Shown here piece after piece: positions 1 to 12,396 of a stretch of 64,000 bases of DNA. The stretch lies in NCBI RefSeq assembly GCF_030028105.1, contig NC_092376.1, positions 77,920,935 to 77,984,934 on the forward strand, read 5' to 3'. This stretch comes from Mobula birostris. Its lineage: Eukaryota. Made by a program: the position numbers and the translations under genes. Each line of letters begins with the position of its first letter. Positions within the stretch are counted from its first letter, which is position 1. The notes below the pieces were generated by a model, which worked only from the letters and a program-made list of their open reading frames with translations, was not told where the DNA came from and did not search any database.

Positions 1-113
1 TATAACAAAGAAGCATTCCCAAGTATAATATAACAAAGAAGACATTTTAATTAGCCTATGCAGTAACATAAGAGACGAAACCCCCTTACACATTATAAGT
101 CAATGATCTAGAT

Positions 114-1400
114 CAGCCTTTCTCAACCTTTTTTGCCCTGGAAGAACCATTGAAATAATTTTCAGGTCTCGGGGAACCCCTGCATAAAAATTATTATATC
201 TAGACCTCACGGTACATTAGCGTGATCAGTAAGTTGTAGATATAATATAATAATCCAAAAGTAATTGTCAATTGAGTAAAGAATTATTTTTTTCTTGAGA
301 AAGAGCATATAGTTAAGCTTAGCTTAACTTTTCTTGAAATTACTCTTTCTTTCTCTTTCATAAATTTAAAAACTCATGAGGGAAACGATAAATTTCTCAA
401 TTCTGCATCAAACTTGAGATAAGCATACATGGATTTCCACTTCAACTGAAATGAGACAATTTCTATACTTGCTCTTGATGTTTGTTAAACAAGAAAAAGC
501 TTGCTCACACATGTAAGAAGTTGAAAACTGCAGCAAAATGTTCAGAGTTTTCCTATGAATGACAGAATACTCTTCTTTCACAGAAATGCAGAACTTGTCC
601 AGGAGTTGTTTGGTAAATCTCATCTCGAGTGCATGATTAGAGTGCAGCTCACAAAGTTCTTCCTCTTCTCTTATAGTCAAGTTCTCAGGCTGAGCAGAAG
701 ATTTAGAGAAAGGGTCCCTCACCCAGTCATACCCTTGTGTTGAAAGGGAGAAAAAATACTGTTCAATTTTGTTTTGCAGTTCTTCCAGGTGCTTTTTAAT
801 AAGACTCGAGACTTTTTGATATCCTTCCTCACTCTCAAACCCAAGCAGCAGTGGAAACAGTTCAAGATTTCCTTTTGAAACATGATTTTTCCAAAGATTC
901 AGTTTCCTTTAAAATCCAAGAATCTTGTCACTTGAAGTCAAAATATTTTCTCCAGGGCATTGCAGAGACTTGTTCAACTGGTTCATATCATGAAAAATGT
1001 CTGTTAATAGGCTAGTTTCTGCAGCCATTCTTCACCTTTAAAGCACTTAGCAACATCTGGTCTACTAATTTCTTGAAAGTACTCCTCTCAGATCAACACC
1101 CCATTGAGAGCTCTTCCTCTGCTAAACCACCGTATTTCTTCATGTAGCAGCAGATTGGTGTGCTCTTTGTCCAGGTTTTCACACAGTTTTTCAAAACATT
1201 CTCGAGTGAACTGGTCTTAAAGCTACTAAATAACTTGCTTCCTTGTCCTTTTACTGACTGTGACTTTATTTTCAAAAGCTTTAATCTGTTTGTTTTGAGA
1301 TTCCAATAGTTGTTTAAAATAATCAGCCCTTTTACATGTCATATGGCTGTGATTTGCAGTTAAGTGTCTTGTCAACATTTGTAAGTTGTTTACCACAGAC
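114..1400 (-). mobile_element. hAT (Charlie-type) DNA transposon remnant, internally deleted and degenerate
   Basis: TIR-like end CAGCCTTTCTCAACCTTTTT at 114, preceded by ATCTAGAT (106-113), matching the Charlie nTCTAGAn target. ORF 408-722(-) has the hAT C-terminal dimerisation motif LLQFSTSYMCEQAFSCL..IKSKYRN; a degenerate RW.SRG motif lies near 1120-1140. The other terminus was not seen. Confidence 0.85.
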
Positions 1401-1721
1401 TAGGCACAATGGAATAGAACAACTTGGATCACCAGTCCACGTAAGACCCATTGAAAAGCAGCCTTCATTGTAAAGATATGGTACCGGCTGATTACATTAG
1501 TCCCGCCAACTGCTTTTGTCTCCAGGACCCAGAAGAGGCCAGTGGTCTTCTTGGGCAACAGGAAGTATTGGGTCTCCGCTGTGGTCCTGAGCCTTCTGAT
1601 CATGGACAGTGGTCAGTCATTGCTGTATGTGCACCCAGCTGGGGGCTCTCCACCTCAGGACCCTGTAGAGATACAGTGACCACCCTCCGAGATGGCATAC
1701 ACTGGCGATGCACTTTGTCCG

Positions 1722-1870
1722 CTGGGGCCACAGTAGCGTAGCACTTAGCACAATATAACACCATTACAGCTTGGGCTATCGGGGTATTAGAGTTTAATTC
1801 TGGCGTCCTCTGTGAGCAAGTCTGTACTTTCCTTTCCATGTGTGCATGGGTTTCTCTGGGTGCTCTGGAG
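1722..1870 (+). mobile_element. tRNA-derived SINE fragment (V-SINE/HE1-like)
   Basis: tRNA-like head GGGGCCACAGTAGCGTAGC, followed by V-domain-like GCATGGGTTTCTCTGGGTGCTCTGG. Confidence 0.55.
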
Positions 1871-2789
1871 GAAGACAAAATAGAGTTTTAATGTTGTTGG
1901 CAATTAATGGGAAATTAATCTATGTAATCCATACCATGTGGCTTCACTTTCAGACAGCTGAATGCATGTAAATTTGTGCACCTATGTTTATTTTTGCAAG
2001 ATGTGTGCTCATCCACCTTTGTCTTTTCATTAAGGATTAACTTTTATAAAACGTTGTTTGTTATTTAACCAGATCACAAGCAACAATGCATTCTGCAATT
2101 TGTGCTTCCTTATAATTCCTCACCACCTTATAGTTCTTAGCTTTTGATGTAGTCTTAAATAACCAACTCTGATAGAGCATTAAACAACATCTGATGGACC
2201 GCATAGTGCCATTGCATGTGGTTGCTGTCTCAAACTTCAAACAACCTGGTTTGATTTTGACCTCTGGTGCTATCTATGACAAGTTTGTATGTTCTCCCTG
2301 TAATGGTTGTCATCATAGAGGTAACTTAGCCACTGCACTGTCATCATTCAATATATTCAAATCTGAAAAGTGTCATTTCTAGGTTTGTTGGGAACAATTT
2401 TACTTTCCAAAATTGGTTTCTTTTATGTACCACCTTGACTTCCAGATAAATACAGATGTTTTCCTTCTCACATACAGTATGTTGATCTGAATTTTGTATT
2501 TAACTGGTTACCTTTGTCTTCTTTGAAGGTGAGTGTTGCAGTGGCCATTCTTCAGTGCTAGGAACCTTCATTGCTTAGGCTCAGTGGTTCAATAAGATGG
2601 CTCACCAACTTGTATATAAGCTAACAGAATATTGTTGTTCAATGTTAGGGAAACTGAGTACAAGCATAAGAGATGAAGGAAGGAAATCAATGCTTTGGGA
2701 ATAGTATAGGGGTGGTTTACCTGGAATGGGTAGTTTGCTTATGAGCAAAGATTTGACATACTAGGCTTATTTGTGCTCAAGTTTAAAAG

Positions 2790-4140
2790 GATCAGAATCT
2801 GGTTTATTACCACTGACATATGTTGTGAAATTTTTTGTTTTGCTGCAACAGTACAGTGCAATACATAAACATTACTCTAAGATACAATAAGGAATATAAA
2901 AACAATAAATAAAGCAATAAAAGAGCAAACTAGGTAGTGTTCATGGGTTCATGGACCATTCAGAAGTTTGATGGCGGAGGGGAAGAAGCTGTTCCTAAAA
3001 TATTGAGTGTGGGTCTACAGACCCTTGCACCTCCTCCATAATGGTAGTAAAGGGAAGAGGGCATGTCCTTGATAGTGAGGGTCCTTACTGATGGATGCCA
3101 CCTTCTTGAAGTATCACTGGTTGAAGTTGTCATCGATGTTGGAGAGGATAGTGCCCATGGCTTTTGCAGCTTTCTCTGATCTCACAATCAATTCCTTTGA
3201 CTTACTGATGATGAGTGCAAGGTTGTTGTTGTGACATCACTTAACCAGCTGACCTATCTTACTCTTATAGGTCTCCTTGTCACCATCTGAAATTCTGTTA
3301 ACAATGGTTGTGTTATCAGCAAACTGATTGATGGCATTTGAGCAGTGCTGAGCCACATAATCAAGGGTGGACAGAGAGGAGAGCAATGAGTTTAAGCACA
3401 CCTCCTTGAGGTGCGCCAGCTTTGATTGCCAGTAAAGAGGACATTTTATTTCTGAACTGCACTGACTATGGTCTCCTGGTGAGGAAGTCAAGGATCCAGT
3501 TGTAGAGGAAGATATAGAGGCCCAGGTTTTGAAGCTTGTTGATAATTACAGAGGGTATGATGTTGTTAAGCGCTGGGCAGTAATCAATAAACCGCAGCCT
3601 GACTTAGGTACTTCTGTTGTCCAGGTGGTCCAATGCTGAGTGGACAGCCAGTGAGATTACATCCACTGTAGACCTCTTGTGGTGGGAGGCAAATTACGGT
3701 GGGCCCAGGACCTTGCTTAGGCTTATCCTGCTCTTTCTTGAGTACTGGTAAGATTGATACAGTTTTGAAGCAGGTGGAAACCTCCGACTGCAGCAGTGAG
3801 AGATTGAAGATGTACTTGAACACCCCCAGTAGTTGGTTGGCACAGGTTTTCAGTGCCCTACCTGGTACACTATCGGGGACTGATGCCTTGCAAAAGATGT
3901 TCTGATGTCAGCCTCTGAGACAGATTTCACAGGGTCGCCAGATGCAGAGATTTGTAAAGGTTTAAGTTTTTCCCCCTTTCAAAGTGTGCATAAAAGACAT
4001 TAATCTCATTGGGGAGTGAAACATCACAACCATCTCTAATGTCAAGTTTTCCCTTGTAGGAAGTAATGACCTGCAAAGCCTGCCATTGCTGACAAGCATC
4101 CAATTCTTTCTCTAATTTCATTCAAAAATTGCTTTTTTAC
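2790..4140 (-). mobile_element. Rex1/Babar-clade LINE fragment (degenerate RT)
   Basis: Minus-strand peptides INQFADNTTIV, FKYIFNLSLLQSEVSTCFKT and LPNEINVFYAHFE; ATCAGAATC tail remnant at about 2791. Confidence 0.75.
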
Positions 4141-4142
4141 TC

Positions 4143-7100
4143 TTAAGCTACATAAGAACATAAGAAATAGGAGCAGGAGTTGGCCATCCGGCCCATTGAG
4201 CCTACCCGCCGTTCAATAAGATCATGGCTGGTCTGTCCATAAACTCGGGTCCATCTACCTGCCTTTTCCCCATAACCCTTAATTCTTTTACTATGTAAAA
4301 ATCTACCTAACTGTATCTTAAATATATTTAGTGAAGAAGCCTCAACTGCTTCCCTGGGCAGAGAATTCCACAGATTCACCACTGTCTGGGAAAAACAGTT
4401 CTCCTCATTTCCATCCTAAACCTTCTCCCCTGAATCTTGAGGCAATGTCCCCTAGTTCTAGTCTCACCTACCAATGGAAACAAGAAGGAGATGCATTATA
4501 CAGCTCTCATTACATGCACATGCAGTTCAACCCTTTGAGTGATTATGCAGAAAGTTTGAAGTTATTAACTCATCTCCTTCCACCTCAGGCCACGAACTTA
4601 TCAATCATCCCTGCTGTGGACCACTTCTAGAGGTCCAAGACGCCGACTTCTACAAAGAAGGGTTCCATATGCCCCACGACTGCTGGACTAAGTGTGTAAA
4701 TGTAGGAGGGGAGTATGTTGAAAAATAAATGTTCTAGGTTTTCTAAACTTGACTCCTACTTATCAATTACACCTCATACTTGCAAGCCAACTTTTTGTGA
4801 TTCATCTACAAGCACTCCAAAGTCCCTCTGCACAACAGCATGCTGCAATCTTTCATCATTTAAATAATAATCTGCTCTTCTATTATTCCTTCTAAAGTGG
4901 ATGATCTCGCATTTACCAATGTTATATTCTATCTACCAGACCTTGGCCCACTCACTTAACCTATCTGTCCCTCTGCAGACTCTCTGCATCCTCTGTACAA
5001 TTTGCTTTTCCACTCAATTTAGTGTCATCAGCAAACTTTGCTGCGCTACACTCAGTTTCCTCTTCCAAATCATCAATGTAAATGGTAAACAGCTGTGGGC
5101 CCAGCACCGACCCCTGTGGCACCCCACTCACCACAGACTGCCAACCGGAGAAACACCCATTTATACCAACTCTCTGCCTTCTATTGGTTAACCAATCCAC
5201 TATCCATGCCAATACACTTCCTCTGACTCCATGCATCCGTATCTTATTTATAAGTCTCTTGTACGGCAACTTATCGAACGCCTTCTGGAAATCCAAGTGT
5301 ACGACATCCACCTGTTCCCCTCTATCCACAGCACTCATTATGTCCTCAAAGAACTCCAGAAAGTTTATCAAACAGGACCTGCCCTTTCTGAATCCATGTT
5401 GCATCTGTCTAATGGAACCATTCCTTTCTAAATGTTTTGCTATTTCGTCCTTAATGACAGCTTCAAGCATTTTCCTGACTACAGTTGTTAAGCTAACTGG
5501 CCTACAGTTGCCCGTCTTCTGCCTGCATCCTTTTTAAAAAGTGGCGTGACATTTGCTGTCTTCCAATCCGCCGGGACCTGCCCAGAGTCTAGAGAGTTTT
5601 GAGAAATGATTACCAACGCTTCTACTATAACCTCTGTCAGTTCCTTCAGCACCCTGGGATGCATCCCATCAGGACCAGGGGGCTTATCTACCTTCAAGCC
5701 CTCTAGTTTTCTCATCACTATCTCTTCAGTGGCAGTGATTTTATTGTGGTCCTCACCTCCCATTTCATCCATAACATTCTTCTTTGACATATTAGATGTG
5801 TCCTCCACCATGAAGACTGACACAAGATAGTCATTTAATGCCTCAGCCATTTCCTTATCACCCAATATCAATATCCCCTTCTTGTCTTCCAAGGGACCTA
5901 CGTTGACTTTAGCTGCTCTCTTCCGCTTTAAATATTTATAAAAACTTTTGCTATCTGTTTTCATATTTTGTGCTAATTTACTTTCATACTCTATCTTCCC
6001 TTTCCTTATTTCTTGTTTAGTTGTTCTCTGTTGCTTTTTTAAGTTTTCTCAATCCTCCAGTCTCCCACTACTCTTTGCAACTCTGTACACATGAGCTTTT
6101 AATTTGATACTATCTTTTATTTCCTTAGTTATCCAAGGCTGGCTCTCCCCACACTTACTGTCCTTACTTCTGACTGGAATATACTTTTGTTGAGCATCGT
6201 GAAAAATCTCTTTGGAAGTATTCCACTGTTCCTCAACTGTCCTACCAAATAGCCTATGCTCCCAATCCACATTAGCCAACTCCTCCCTCATCCTGTTGTA
6301 GTCTCCCTTGTTCAAGCATAATACACTAGTTTTAGATCTAACTATTTCATTCTCCATCTGAATGCGAAATTCAATCATACTATGATCACTCTTTCCAAGA
6401 GGATCCTTGACTACAAGATCGTTAATCTTACTTGTCTCATTGCACAGGACTCAGTCTAAGATCGTATTTTCCCTTGTAAGTTCACTGACATGTTGCTCAA
6501 GAAAGCCATCACGGATGCATTCTATGAAGTCCTCCTCAAGACTTCCTTGACCTACCTGATTCACCCAATCTATGTGGAAGTTAAAATCCCCCATGACAAC
6601 TGCCGTTCCGTTCTTACAAGCCTCAGTTATTTCTTGGTTAATCACCTCTGCCATTGCAATATTTTTATTAGATGGCCTATAGACAACACCGACCGGTGAT
6701 TGTTTTCCCTTTAGTATTCTTAATCTCTGCCCAGGTGGACTCAACATTCTACTCCGTAGATCTTATATCGTCTCTCATAATCGCCCTGATCTAATCTCTG
6801 ATCAGGAGCGCCACCCCACCTCCTCTGCCTTCCTGCCAATCTTTCCGTATTACCTGATACCCTTGGATATTTAATTCCCAGTCATCTCCACCTTGCAACC
6901 AGGTTTCTGTAATGGCCACTAAATCATATGCCTTGGTACTGATCTGTGCCACAAGTTCACTAACCTTGTTTCTAATACTATGGGCATTTAGATAAAGTGC
7001 CCTTATGCTCATTGTCCTTTTAGAATCTTGTGATCTATGCGATTTTTGCTTTTTACTTTTATGCACTCTACTCTTACTTTTTTCTTCACTAACTCTAGCT

Positions 7101-7560
7101 TTGGCCTGTGCACCACTTCCTTCTTCTTTTCCATGTGAGTTCCCATCTCCCTGCCATATTAGTTTAAAGCCTCCCCAACAGCACTAGCAAACCATCTCCC
7201 TAGGACATTGATCCTGGCCCTGCCCAGATGTAGACCACCCTCCCAGATGTGGATCCAATGCCCCAAGAATCTGAAACCCTCCCTCCTGCACCACCGCTCA
7301 AGCCACATATTCATGCTAGCTATCCTGATATTCCAACTCTGGCTAGCACGTGGCACCGGTAATAATCCTGAGATTATTACCTTTGAGGTCCTACTCTTTA
7401 ATTTATCTCCTAGCTCCTTAAATTCAGCTTGTAGGACCTCATCCTGCTTTCTTCCTATATCATTAGTACCTGCATGCACCACGACAGCTGGCTGCTCATC
7501 CTCGCCTTTCAGAATGCCCTGCAGCCTCCCCGAGACATTTCTGACCCTTGCACCCGCACA
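4143..7560 (-). mobile_element. CR1 LINE: ORF1 esterase C-terminal part plus degenerate ORF2 (APE endonuclease, RT)
   Basis: 7159-7632(-) is an SGNH esterase (VVVHAGTNDIG). 6791-7066 has the EN start LNAHSIRNK..AITETW, with GDFN downstream. RT motifs LDFQKAFD, GVPQGSVLGP and KFADD in 4961-5470. (CATAAGAA)n 3' tail at about 4150-4167. Confidence 0.92.
4483..4777 (+). mobile_element. Mariner-derived non-autonomous element (partial) inserted in CR1
   Basis: Near-identical to the 36921-37264 element; encodes the mariner C-terminus FYKEGFH..WTKCVNVGGEYVEK*. Confidence 0.7.
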
Positions 7561-7917
7561 AGCTAGCCTTCCGTAGGTCATACCTAGACTTCTTGTAGAG
7601 TTCTCAATCTCCACAAGGCTTGTATGATACATAAAAGGGAAAAAGGGCTTTGAACAGAGTGGAAGTGGAGAGGATGTTTTCTCTTCTGGGGAAATCTAGA
7701 ATGAGAGAATGCTTATTGAAGACAGTTCAACATCATGCTGTCACAGTTAGTGCTGCTGCCTTTCCATTTCAAGGACTTGAGTTTGGTCCTAATCTTGTGC
7801 ACTGTCTGTATGGAGCTCTTACAGACAATACATGAGATTAGGACCAAAAGACTGAAGTAAAGACTCCAATGGTGTCATATTTTATATGTATAAACATGCT
7901 TTACACATCTCACTGGC

Positions 7918-9373
7918 ATGGTCAGAAGTTCCCAGCTGCTTCAAAAGGGCAATAATTATACCTGTGCCCAAGAAGACAAGTGTGAGACGGCCTTAATGAC
8001 TATCGTACAGTGGCAGTCACATTTACTGGTGATGAAGTATTTTGAGAGGTTAACCATGGCTAGAATCAACTCCCGCCTCAGCAAGGACCTGGACCCATTA
8101 CAATTTGCCTATTGCCACAATAGGTCTATGGCAGACTCAATCTCAATGGCTCTTCACACGATTTTAGATCACCTGGACAATACAAACACTTATGTTAGGA
8201 TGCTGTCATTGACTATAGCTCAGTATTGAACACCATCATTTCTACAGTCCTGATCAATAAGCTACAGAACCTGGGCCTCTGTACCTCCCTCTGCAACTGG
8301 ATCCTTGACTTCCTAACCGGAAGACCACAACACGTATGGATTGGTAGTAACATCTCCTCCTCACTGATGATCAGTACAGGTACTGGTGCACCTCAGGGAT
8401 GTTGCTTTGCCCACTACTCTACTCTCTATATACCCATGACTGTGTGGCTAGGCAGAGCTCAAATACCATCGATAAATTTGCTGATGATACAACCATTGTT
8501 GGCAGAACCTCAGAAGGAGATGAGAGGGCGTACAGAAACAGGATATACCAGTTAGTTGAATGGTGTCACAGCAACAACCTTGCACTCAACGTCAGTAAGA
8601 CCAAAGAGCTGATTGTGGACTTCAGAAAGAATAGGACAAGGGAACATGAACCAATCCTCACAGAGCGATCAGAAGTGGAGAGAGTGAGCAATTTCAAGTT
8701 CCTGGGTGTCAAGATCTCTGAGCATCTAACCTACACCCAACATATTGATGCAGCTATAAAGAAGGCAAGATGCCAGCTATAATTCATTAGGAGTTTGAGG
8801 AGATTTGGTTTGTCACCTAAGACACTTGAGAACTTCTATGGATATACGGTGGTGAGCATTCTGACAGTGCTGTATCACTGACTGGTGTGGCGAGTTCGAC
8901 TACACAGGACTGAAAGGAGCTGCAGAAAGTTGTAAAGTTAGTTAGCTCTGTCATGGATACTAGCCTCTGTAGCATCCAGGACATCTTCAGGGAGAGGTGC
9001 CTCAGGAAGGTGGAGGCCATTATTAAGGACCGCCCCCCCACCCCCACCCAGGATGTGCTCTCTTCTCATTGTTACTGTCAGGAAAGAGGTACAGAGGCCT
9101 GGAGACACACACTCAATGATTCAGGAACAGCTTCTTCCTCTCTGCCATTCGATTCCTATATGGATATTGAACCCAATGGCACTACCTCACCTTTTCTTTT
9201 ATATTATTTTGGTTTTTGTATTATTTTTAATTTAGCTATTTAATATACATATGTATACTTCCTGTAATTGATTTACTTTTTTTCTATATTATCATGGATT
9301 GTATTGTACTACTGCTGCTAAGTTAACAAATCTCACAGCAAATGCCTGTAATATTCAACCTGATTCTGATTCT
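7918..9373 (+). mobile_element. Rex1/Babar-clade LINE, 5'-truncated, frameshifted RT
   Basis: [57 protein letters not shown]; (GATTCT)n tail at about 9362-9373. Confidence 0.9.
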
Positions 9374-9469
9374 TAATGTTTTTGACAGAAAATTCTGAAC
9401 AGATATTTTTACCACTAAACTGCAATGATTCATTGAATCAATGCCCTGGTATTGTACAGTACTGTATAA

Positions 9470-10270
9470 CCATAAGGCATAGGATCAGAACTAGGCTATT
9501 CGGCCCGTCAAGTCTTCTCTACCCCATCATGGCTGATTTATTATCCTTCTCAACTCCATTCTCTCACCTTCTCCCCGTAACTTTTGACACCAGTGCTAAT
9601 CAAGTACCTTTCATCCTCCACTTCAAACATACCCAATGATTTAGCCTCCCTACCATTAGTGGAAATGAGTTCCACAGATTCACCACCTCTGGTGCAAGAA
9701 ATTCCTCTTGATCTCTGTCTTAAAGGGATGTCCTTGTATTCTGAGACTCTGCTCCCTGGTCATAGACTCCTACACCACAGGAAACATCCTCTCCTTGTCC
9801 AATCTATCACCCCTCATTCTTCTGAACTCCAGTGTGTACAGGCCCAGAACCTTTAATCACACCTTGGATGGTAATCCTTTCTTTCCTGGTGTCTTTCTCA
9901 TGAACCTCCTCTGAATTCTCTCCAATGCCAGCACAACCTTTCTCAGATAAGGTGCCCATAACTGTTCACAATACTCCAAGTGCAGTCTGACCAATGCCTT
10001 ATAAAACCTCAGCATTACACACTTGCTTTTATATTGTCCTTTTGAAATGAATGCTAACATTGTTTTTACCTTCCTTACCGCCGACTCAACCTGCATGTTA
10101 ACTTTTAGGGAATCCTGCACGAGGACTCACAAGTCCCTTTGCACCTCTGATATCTGAATGTTCTCCCCATTTAGAAAATAGTCTATGTGTTTATTCCTTC
10201 TACCAAAGTGCATAACCAGATACTCCCCTGCACTGTATTCCATCTGCCACTCCTTTGCTCATTCTCTTAA
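9470..10270 (-). mobile_element. CR1 LINE 3' fragment
   Basis: YKALVRLHLEYCEQLWAPYLRK..LERIQRRF in 9857-10120(-); CR1 3' UTR and CATAAG tail. Confidence 0.85.
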
Positions 10271-10414
10271 TCAAGTTGAAGTTTAATTATCATTGAATCA
10301 TACATTAATATGGTCAAATAATCAGCATTCCTCCGGGGCCAAGGTGCTAAACCAATTTACTAACCACCTCGCATACACCACACTGCACATCGTTCACAGC
10401 ACCATTAGCACACC

Positions 10415-10812
10415 TAAGAACACAAGGACGTAAGAAACAGGAGCAGCAGTAGGCTATGTGGCCCATCGAGCATTGAGCCCGCTATGTCATTCAATAAGAT
10501 CATGGCTGATCTGGCCATGGATTCATCTCCACCTACCTGCCTTTCCCCCATAACCCTTAATTCCCCTACTATGCAAAAATCTATCCAACCTTGTCTTAAG
10601 TATATTTACTGAAGTATCCTCCACTGCTTCATTGGGCAGAGAATTCACAGATTCACCACTCTCTGGAAAAAGCAGTTTCTCCTCATCTCCATCCTAAATC
10701 TACTCCCCTGAATCCAGAGGCTACGTCCCCTAGTTCTCGTCTCACCTACCAATGGAAACAACTTTCCTGCCTCTATCTTAATTTTATATGTTTCTATAAG
10801 ATCTCCTTTCAT
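10415..10812 (-). mobile_element. CR1 LINE 3' end fragment
   Basis: Closely similar to the CR1 3' end at 4150-4480. Confidence 0.8.
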
Positions 10813-11189
10813 TCTTCAATCATATAGTTATGATTGTCAAAAAATACACAGTGACAAAAAAAATATATAGTCCAAGTCCCTGAGTGGCACAACTGCAGAT
10901 TGATAGTAAATTGTCCTTGTCCAGCTTGTTCTTCCACTGAGTGAACACTGAGGGGCAGCACTGAGAGAACACTGGATGGCAGCATCGAGTGAACACCAGA
11001 GGGCAGCACCAATGGGAAGGGCCCTTCCGTCCCGTCAAACTCCTTCTGTGGACTCCCTGCTTACTCGACACTAACTGCAGCTTCAACTATCTTTTTATCA
11101 TCTGCAAGCTTGGCCCCACAGCCATGAATTCTGTCATCCAGATCAATGGCATAGAACATGCAGAGAAGCAGTCCCAACAAGTGAAACAC

Positions 11190-11742
11190 CACTACTCACT
11201 GGCAGTCAACTAGAGAAGGCCCCCTTTATTCCCATTCTAAACCTCCTGCCAGTCAGCCAATCTTCCATCCATGCTAGTAATATCATGGGCTCTTATCTTG
11301 ATTGGCAGCTTCATGTGCGGCATCTTGTCAAAGGTCTTCTGAAGATCCAAGCAAACAACATCCGCTATCTTGCCTAGATTCCAGAATCTAGTGATTCTTG
11401 AAAGATCATTACTAATGCCTTCACTACCTATTCATCTATCTCTTTCAAACCCCTAGAGGGTAGTCCATCTGTTCCAGATGTGTTATTTACTCTCAGACCT
11501 TTCAGCTTCCCATACACCTTTTCCGTAGTAACAGTGACTACACTCACTTCTGGCTCCTGACATGCTTCAATTTCTGGCAAACTGCTGGTGTCTTCCAAAG
11601 TGAAGAGTGACAAAAAATACTTACTGAATTTGTCCACATTTCTTTGTCCCCCATTACTATCTCTCCAGTGTCATTTTCCAGTGGTCTAATATCCACTTTT
11701 GCTTCTCTTTTTCTGTTTATATATCTGAAAAAAATTTGGTAT
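11190..11742 (-). mobile_element. CR1 LINE fragment, left half of the ERV integration target
   Basis: YFLSLFTLED..KLKGLRV..SGTDGL (11428-11637). Joins seamlessly to 19073-19540 once the ERV is removed (..AAAATTTG GTAT CCTCTTTTATATTA..). Confidence 0.85.
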
Positions 11743-11760
11743 TGGCGTCACGAACAGGAT
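11743..11760 (+). promoter_or_regulatory. Primer binding site, tRNA-Ser(CGA) type
   Basis: TGGCGTCACGAACAGGAT is complementary to the 3' end ATCCTGTTCGTGACG-CCA of a vertebrate tRNA-Ser(CGA) (recalled, not searched). Confidence 0.8.
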
Positions 11761-12075
11761 CGGATAGAGACCCGCGAGGAGGGGAACGGCAGACTGGGAC
11801 GCTTCCCGGTCCCTCGGGGACCCTCACGAGGCTAACAGAATTAAGGGTGCACCCAAAGAAAAAAGTGAGCGCTTTTTGCGATAATTCGGACTAAGAATTC
11901 TGCTGGTTTTGGGGGTCTTGGGGACTCAGAAATGTGAAGCAACTGCCGAATGGTCTCTCCGATCCAAAGAATCTGGCAGAATCGGGGATAAAAGGAGGCT
12001 CAGAGGATTAATCAAGAGCACGGCAGTGGGGGTAAGTACAAGTTAAGTAAGAAAATTCCACGTGGTGTTGGTAAG

Positions 12076-12240
12076 TCCCTGTGGATACCGCTTCGCACGA
12101 AACGAAGGTCTGAACAGGCAGGGAAGGAGAATTAAAAATCCTCGTGAATACCGCCTTAAGAAGTGTAAGGGTCTGCATAGGCGAGGTGTAAAACGTTCTG
12201 TGGATACCGCCCTAAGTAGGGGTCTGCACGGGCAGAACGT
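12076..12240 (+). promoter_or_regulatory. Three tandem structured RNA motifs in the ERV leader (candidate packaging or export element)
   Basis: Core TGRATACCGC-[hairpin]-GGTCTGMA-YRGG enclosed by different but complementary outer stems in three copies. Confidence 0.6.
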
Positions 12241-12396
12241 AGTAAGAGACAAAGATAGTTTGATAGAGAATTCAGACGCTGGTGAGATAAACCATAAGGC
12301 TAGGCATAGAAATAGAGTTAGAAAAATAGTACTATTAAATAGGCAAGTAGTGAGATTCTAAAAATACCATAATAGAAAAAGGAAAAAGAGAGCAAC

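Noticed and set aside
1400-1720. Overlapping short ORFs between the hAT remnant and the SINE
   Set aside because: Probably an old retroelement fragment, but there is no diagnostic motif.
1722-1800. tRNA gene
   Set aside because: Only a degenerate SINE head; no complete cloverleaf.
11428-11742. A diverged 5' LTR upstream of the ERV PBS
   Set aside because: This sequence is CR1 ORF2 that continues after 19076 and has no similarity to 18475-19072.
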